A program made the translations under genes and the position numbers. The notes under the pieces are model-generated. The model worked only from the letters and a program-made list of their open reading frames with translations. It was not told the origin of the DNA and did no database searches. A stretch of DNA of 64,000 nucleotides from Amoebophrya sp. A120 (lineage: Eukaryota; Protista; Dinoflagellata): NCBI GenBank assembly GCA_905178155.1, contig CAJINV010000016.1, positions 1,455,386 to 1,519,385 on the forward strand, given 5' to 3'. Position 1 is the stretch's first letter. Each line of letters begins with the position of its first letter. Positions 60,407-64,000 of this stretch are shown here, piece by piece.

Positions 60407-60824
60407 GACTTACGCCGACAGGGTAAGTGGTGGCTGGAAAGACACCTGTTAGCCCCTACAACCTAGAGGAGCTACCCTGGATCCATTCTTCAGAAAAAAC
60501 AAACCGATTTCTTGGTACACCAGGAGAGGGTGAAGCACCTGGAGGTAAGAAGCATGATCTTTGGCTTCTTGACACTCCAGCAACAAGTAAGAAGTAGTGC
60601 TTCTAGTACCAGCACCAGGGCTGCTCTGCTATTATTGGCGTCCGTTGTGTTTTGGCACCGGAAAAAAGGCCGTCACACCCTTGTGCCGATTGCTATGCAC
60701 GAATCGGGCGAGAAGACACTGACGCGATAGCATTGCTCGCCGCGTCTATGAGCGTCGACGCGGACCCGCAAGTTACCTAGATAATAGTACAACTTAAAGC
60801 GATAGCGAAAAGCACATACTCATA

Positions 60825-63000
60825 ATCCCTCACTGATGCTGAGGGCTCGCTGCTGGGATCGGCAGGCGGCCCGTCGCGGCGCCCGGCTAGCCACATCTGA
60901 AATCATCCACAAGGGCGTGATCGGTGGGCGGAAAAGACACACCAAACAAGTCACGCCCTGGCAATCGTAATCGAGGGCAAAAGTCGTGGCGGCGGGGCAC
61001 TCCGCAACCCCAAATCGCCGGACCGATCACCAACGGGGCTGCACAGGCCAGAACTGGCCCACTGCGCCAAGCAAAGCGCGGCGCGCGAGGCTTTCGCGCC
61101 CGGGGCAGGGGGGAGCGTAAGGCCTGCCAGCCGGCAGGCCCAAGCAGCGCCCGCCCTGCTGGAAGAATGGCGCGCCGGCGCTCCCCCGGAGGAGACCAGA
61201 CGGACCCGCGACGCCAGCGGCGCAAACGGCGCCCGGGACCTCCTCCAGCAAAAGGGCGGCCCGGCTTTTTGCGATCGGCATGGGCGGGGCGCGCGGGCGC
61301 GTGCCTCATCGGTCTGCAACGTCGTCGGCTGGGGACGGAGCCGCCGACCTTCCGCAAACTCGGACAGGCTTCCTTGCTTTTGGTTCTCGATTTCCAAAAG
61401 CCGGGTCGTTTTGATTTTCCCGCGGAATCCTGGCGGCCACTTACTAACACACCGGCAGGCGAAGGACAGAGCCGGCAGACCAAGAGCACCAGGGCGCCCC
61501 TGCAATTCTCCTCCCCCAGAGGCAGCATCGTCCGGACATCTTTCAGCACGTGAAGCGAGAAGTCGCGGGAAGACTATGATCCAAGAGACAGACTTCTAAT
61601 TGTTGCAAACTTCGTGTAAATCTGTGATGTAGTATCTGCCTCTGCCACACCTCCCACGAAGAAATCTCTCTGAGTACGTGCCCGCTCCAGCTGCTTTTTT
61701 GCTCTCCTCTCGTCGTTCTTGCCTTGTGCACTCCTTCTTGCTGTCGCACTTCATTGCCCCCCACCAACACATACGGTGCCTGTGCCGATACACAGATCCT
61801 ACCACGTCTTCTGAAGACGCTGTCCTGTGGGGATGCGCGCCGCGTCTGTGAGTATGAAATCCAAACACTTAACAAAGAAAAGACGCACTCGTCTCTTACT
61901 GATACTGAGGGGTGCTAACGTCGCCTCAACGTCATGCGGCGTGCCGCACGCCCGTGGCGACGCGGCGGCGCCCGGCTAGTTGCATCTGAAGCCACAAGGG
62001 CATCGGGCGAGCGGGGAAGGCACACAAACATCACGCCCCGGTAGTGATAATCGAGGGCCAAAGCACTTGCACCGGGGCCCCCCGCCAGCCTTGCCAAATC
62101 ACCGGCAAGGCCCCATCAGTCACCTTCAGAACTGGGCCAATTTTCCACGCGAGGCGCCCGCCACGCGCGAGCATCTCGCGGCCCAAAAGGGGTCGCGCGA
62201 AGGGCCGCCCAATGGCCTCAGCAGCGCCCCAAAAGAATAGCGGGCCGGCGCGCGGAGGATGGACGGGGACCCGCGGCGCCAGCATGGTCAACAACATCAA
62301 ACAAGGGGCCCCGCCGTTGACGGACCGCGTTCGCGCTTTGTAGAGACATGGCGCGACCGTGGCGCTGGGCCCTTTCCCCTATTGGCTGCAGCCGTCATCC
62401 ACAGAAACACAATCGCGGCCCCCGTGGCTTTCTGCTGCCTCAACAGCTGGGCGGCCCGGTTACCGGTCGGCGGGGAAACGGACGCGAGTCGGGACACCCC
62501 GCATTCGTTGCCCGCTAGGGGGCCGAAATTGGCCGCGAGCTCGGACACGCCCGGCGCCTGGCGGCCACCACAACGCTGGCGAATCCTGGAAGGAGGCTGT
62601 AGGCCAGCACTAGGCCGCTCCTGGGGTGCTCCGTCCTCGCAGGCGTCATCATCCGGGCACTGTTTAGCACGTCGCCACTGAGCAGCGTATTCCTGCCACA
62701 AAAAGTCCTCGTGATCCAACAATAAACAAGAAGACTATGATCCAAGAAAAGAACTCTCCACACTTGTAAACTTCGTGTTCGTGTATCTCTGACAGTCTGT
62801 GACGTAATAAATATCTGCCACACATCCCACGAAGAAATCTCTCTAAGTACTTACGTGCCCACTCCAATCCTGCTCTCCTCTCGTTCTTGCCTTGCGCGTT
62901 TCTTCTTGCTGTGGCACTTCATTGCCTTCCCACTACCCGCTCTGCCGTGGCACACGCAACACACTTCGTTTTCGCGAACACGCCGGCGAAATAACATTCA
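60825..63000 (-). pseudogene. Two diverged tandem copies (~1.1 kb each) of a decayed gene or element, possibly with C2H2 zinc-finger remnants
   Basis: Colinear shared anchors: ACTGAT(G/A)CTGAGGG, TAATCGAGGGC, CCTGGCGGCCAC, AAGACTATGATCCAAGA, CCCACGAAGAAATCTCTCT, TGCTCTCCTCTCGT; frameshifted Cys/His fragments (RFLRGMCGRY, HEVYKCGEFF). Confidence 0.55.
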
Positions 63001-63380
63001 CACTGGTCCATCTGCAGCGCAGACACTGGTCCATCTGCAGCGCAATGCGGACACAGAGCATACTGAAACGGACACTAGGTCTCGGTCTCGATCTGCTACG
63101 AGAACCATAATATGCTGCTAGTTTAATCCAACAGCAGTACGCAGAGTTTGTCCTCCGGAAGTTTTAATTTTTTTTATTTGTGATCTCCATTTACACACGT
63201 TGTCAATTGACCATCTCGGTCGTGGTCAAAATCTCAAATCATATTCGGCGCGTTGTAGTGTCAACGAATTCGTCGCAAAATTGGAATGATACGTGGATTA
63301 TTTTTCTTGAAAAAAACCCTCTGAAACTGAAGGCGCAGGCAATTGCAAAAAACGGTGGATGAAACGTACAAAACAACAAC

Positions 63381-64000
63381 TCACTGCCACGATCCCGTTC
63401 TGCCTGACCCAGAAGATCCTTTGCCACCTTTTGACGACGAGGAAGGTCCTCCAGTACTGTAGCTTGTGTCACCTTGTTTTCCAGCATACCCGCCTTTACC
63501 ACTGTTGTAGCCCCCGCCGCCTCTATCCGGCGTGTGCCTTGGATCCTCCTGCTGGCCCGCTCGCCACGAACCTGCTCCGGAATCTCGACCACTTCCGTAT
63601 TGACTTTGCTGGCTGTATTGCTGGTTTTGATGCGACTGGTTGTAGCCACCGCTGCTTGTGTTGTTATACCCAGGAGACCCGTACGGCTGCGGGGACACAG
63701 CTGACGTTTGAGGCGAGGAAGACGCGCCGGCACCGCTTTGCCGCTGCTGGTTGTAGCCTGGTGTACCTGAAGACCAGGAACCTTGCTGATCCTGATACGC
63801 AGTGGACGATCCGTAGCTGCCCCCAGCACGATTGTAGCCCTGCTCAGAACCAGGAGGTCTGCTGGGATGTCCCTTACTCCCGCTGCTCCTGCCGCCGCCT
63901 TTCTGGTTTGAATCGCTAGATGTACCCCCGTACTGGCCACTTGATGCTCCGTAGCTGAATGACTGCTGTTCCTGGCCGCGGTTGTTCATCCGGTCAACAT
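63381..64000 (-). CDS. 3' end of a gene with a G/S/Y/Q-rich prion-like low-complexity tail (probably extends beyond the window)
   Basis: ORF rich in SYG, QQ and RGG-like repeats typical of RNA-binding protein tails; open to the window edge. Confidence 0.6.
   Translation of the reverse strand, partial: VDRMNNRGQEQQSFSYGASSGQYGGTSSDSNQKGGGRSSGSKGHPSRPPGSEQGYNRAGGSYGSSTAYQDQQGSWSSGTPGYNQQRQSGAGASSSPQTSAVSPQPYGSPGYNNTSSGGYNQSHQNQQYSQQSQYGSGRDSGAGSWRAGQQEDPRHTPDRGGGGYNSGKGGYAGKQGDTSYSTGGPSSSSKGGKGSSGSGRTGSWQ

Noticed and set aside
1-64000. Autonomous transposase, rRNA or tRNA genes
   Set aside because: None recognisable by eye; a covariance-model or HMM scan would be needed to exclude them.

Overview
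Gene-dense eukaryotic protist DNA in which every credible protein-coding gene lies on the minus strand. Its features match the syndinian dinoflagellate Amoebophrya (taxon inferred, not shown): unidirectional gene cluster, alveolate-type secreted proteins, and non-canonical introns with TAT-starting inverted repeats. The ORF track is fragmented because exons are interrupted by 32 introner-type insertions of 109-328 bp (one expanded to 972 bp by a nested insert). They have TAT...ATA terminal inverted repeats (2 with a decayed terminus) and a 5-bp flanking direct repeat, and they lack usable GT-AG ends. Removing each element plus one repeat copy restores the reading frame in all 32 cases; about 13 ordinary GT-AG introns are also inferred. 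Hand-spliced genes: RCC1-repeat + IQGAP-like protein (~1742 aa, 17 introns); presequence + BRCT protein; small membrane protein; degenerate lipoxygenase-like protein; acyltransferase-3 + PDZ; a ~4500-aa secreted protein with PAN/WSC/Cys-rich modules, repeated S-F-x-E/Q motifs and cationic amphipathic segments; RINGv E3 ligase; IMP4; and a WW + TFIIS-N protein. Non-genic features include GC-rich islands, a decayed tandem duplication and a palindromic element. All splice models are from reading the sequence, with no RNA evidence.
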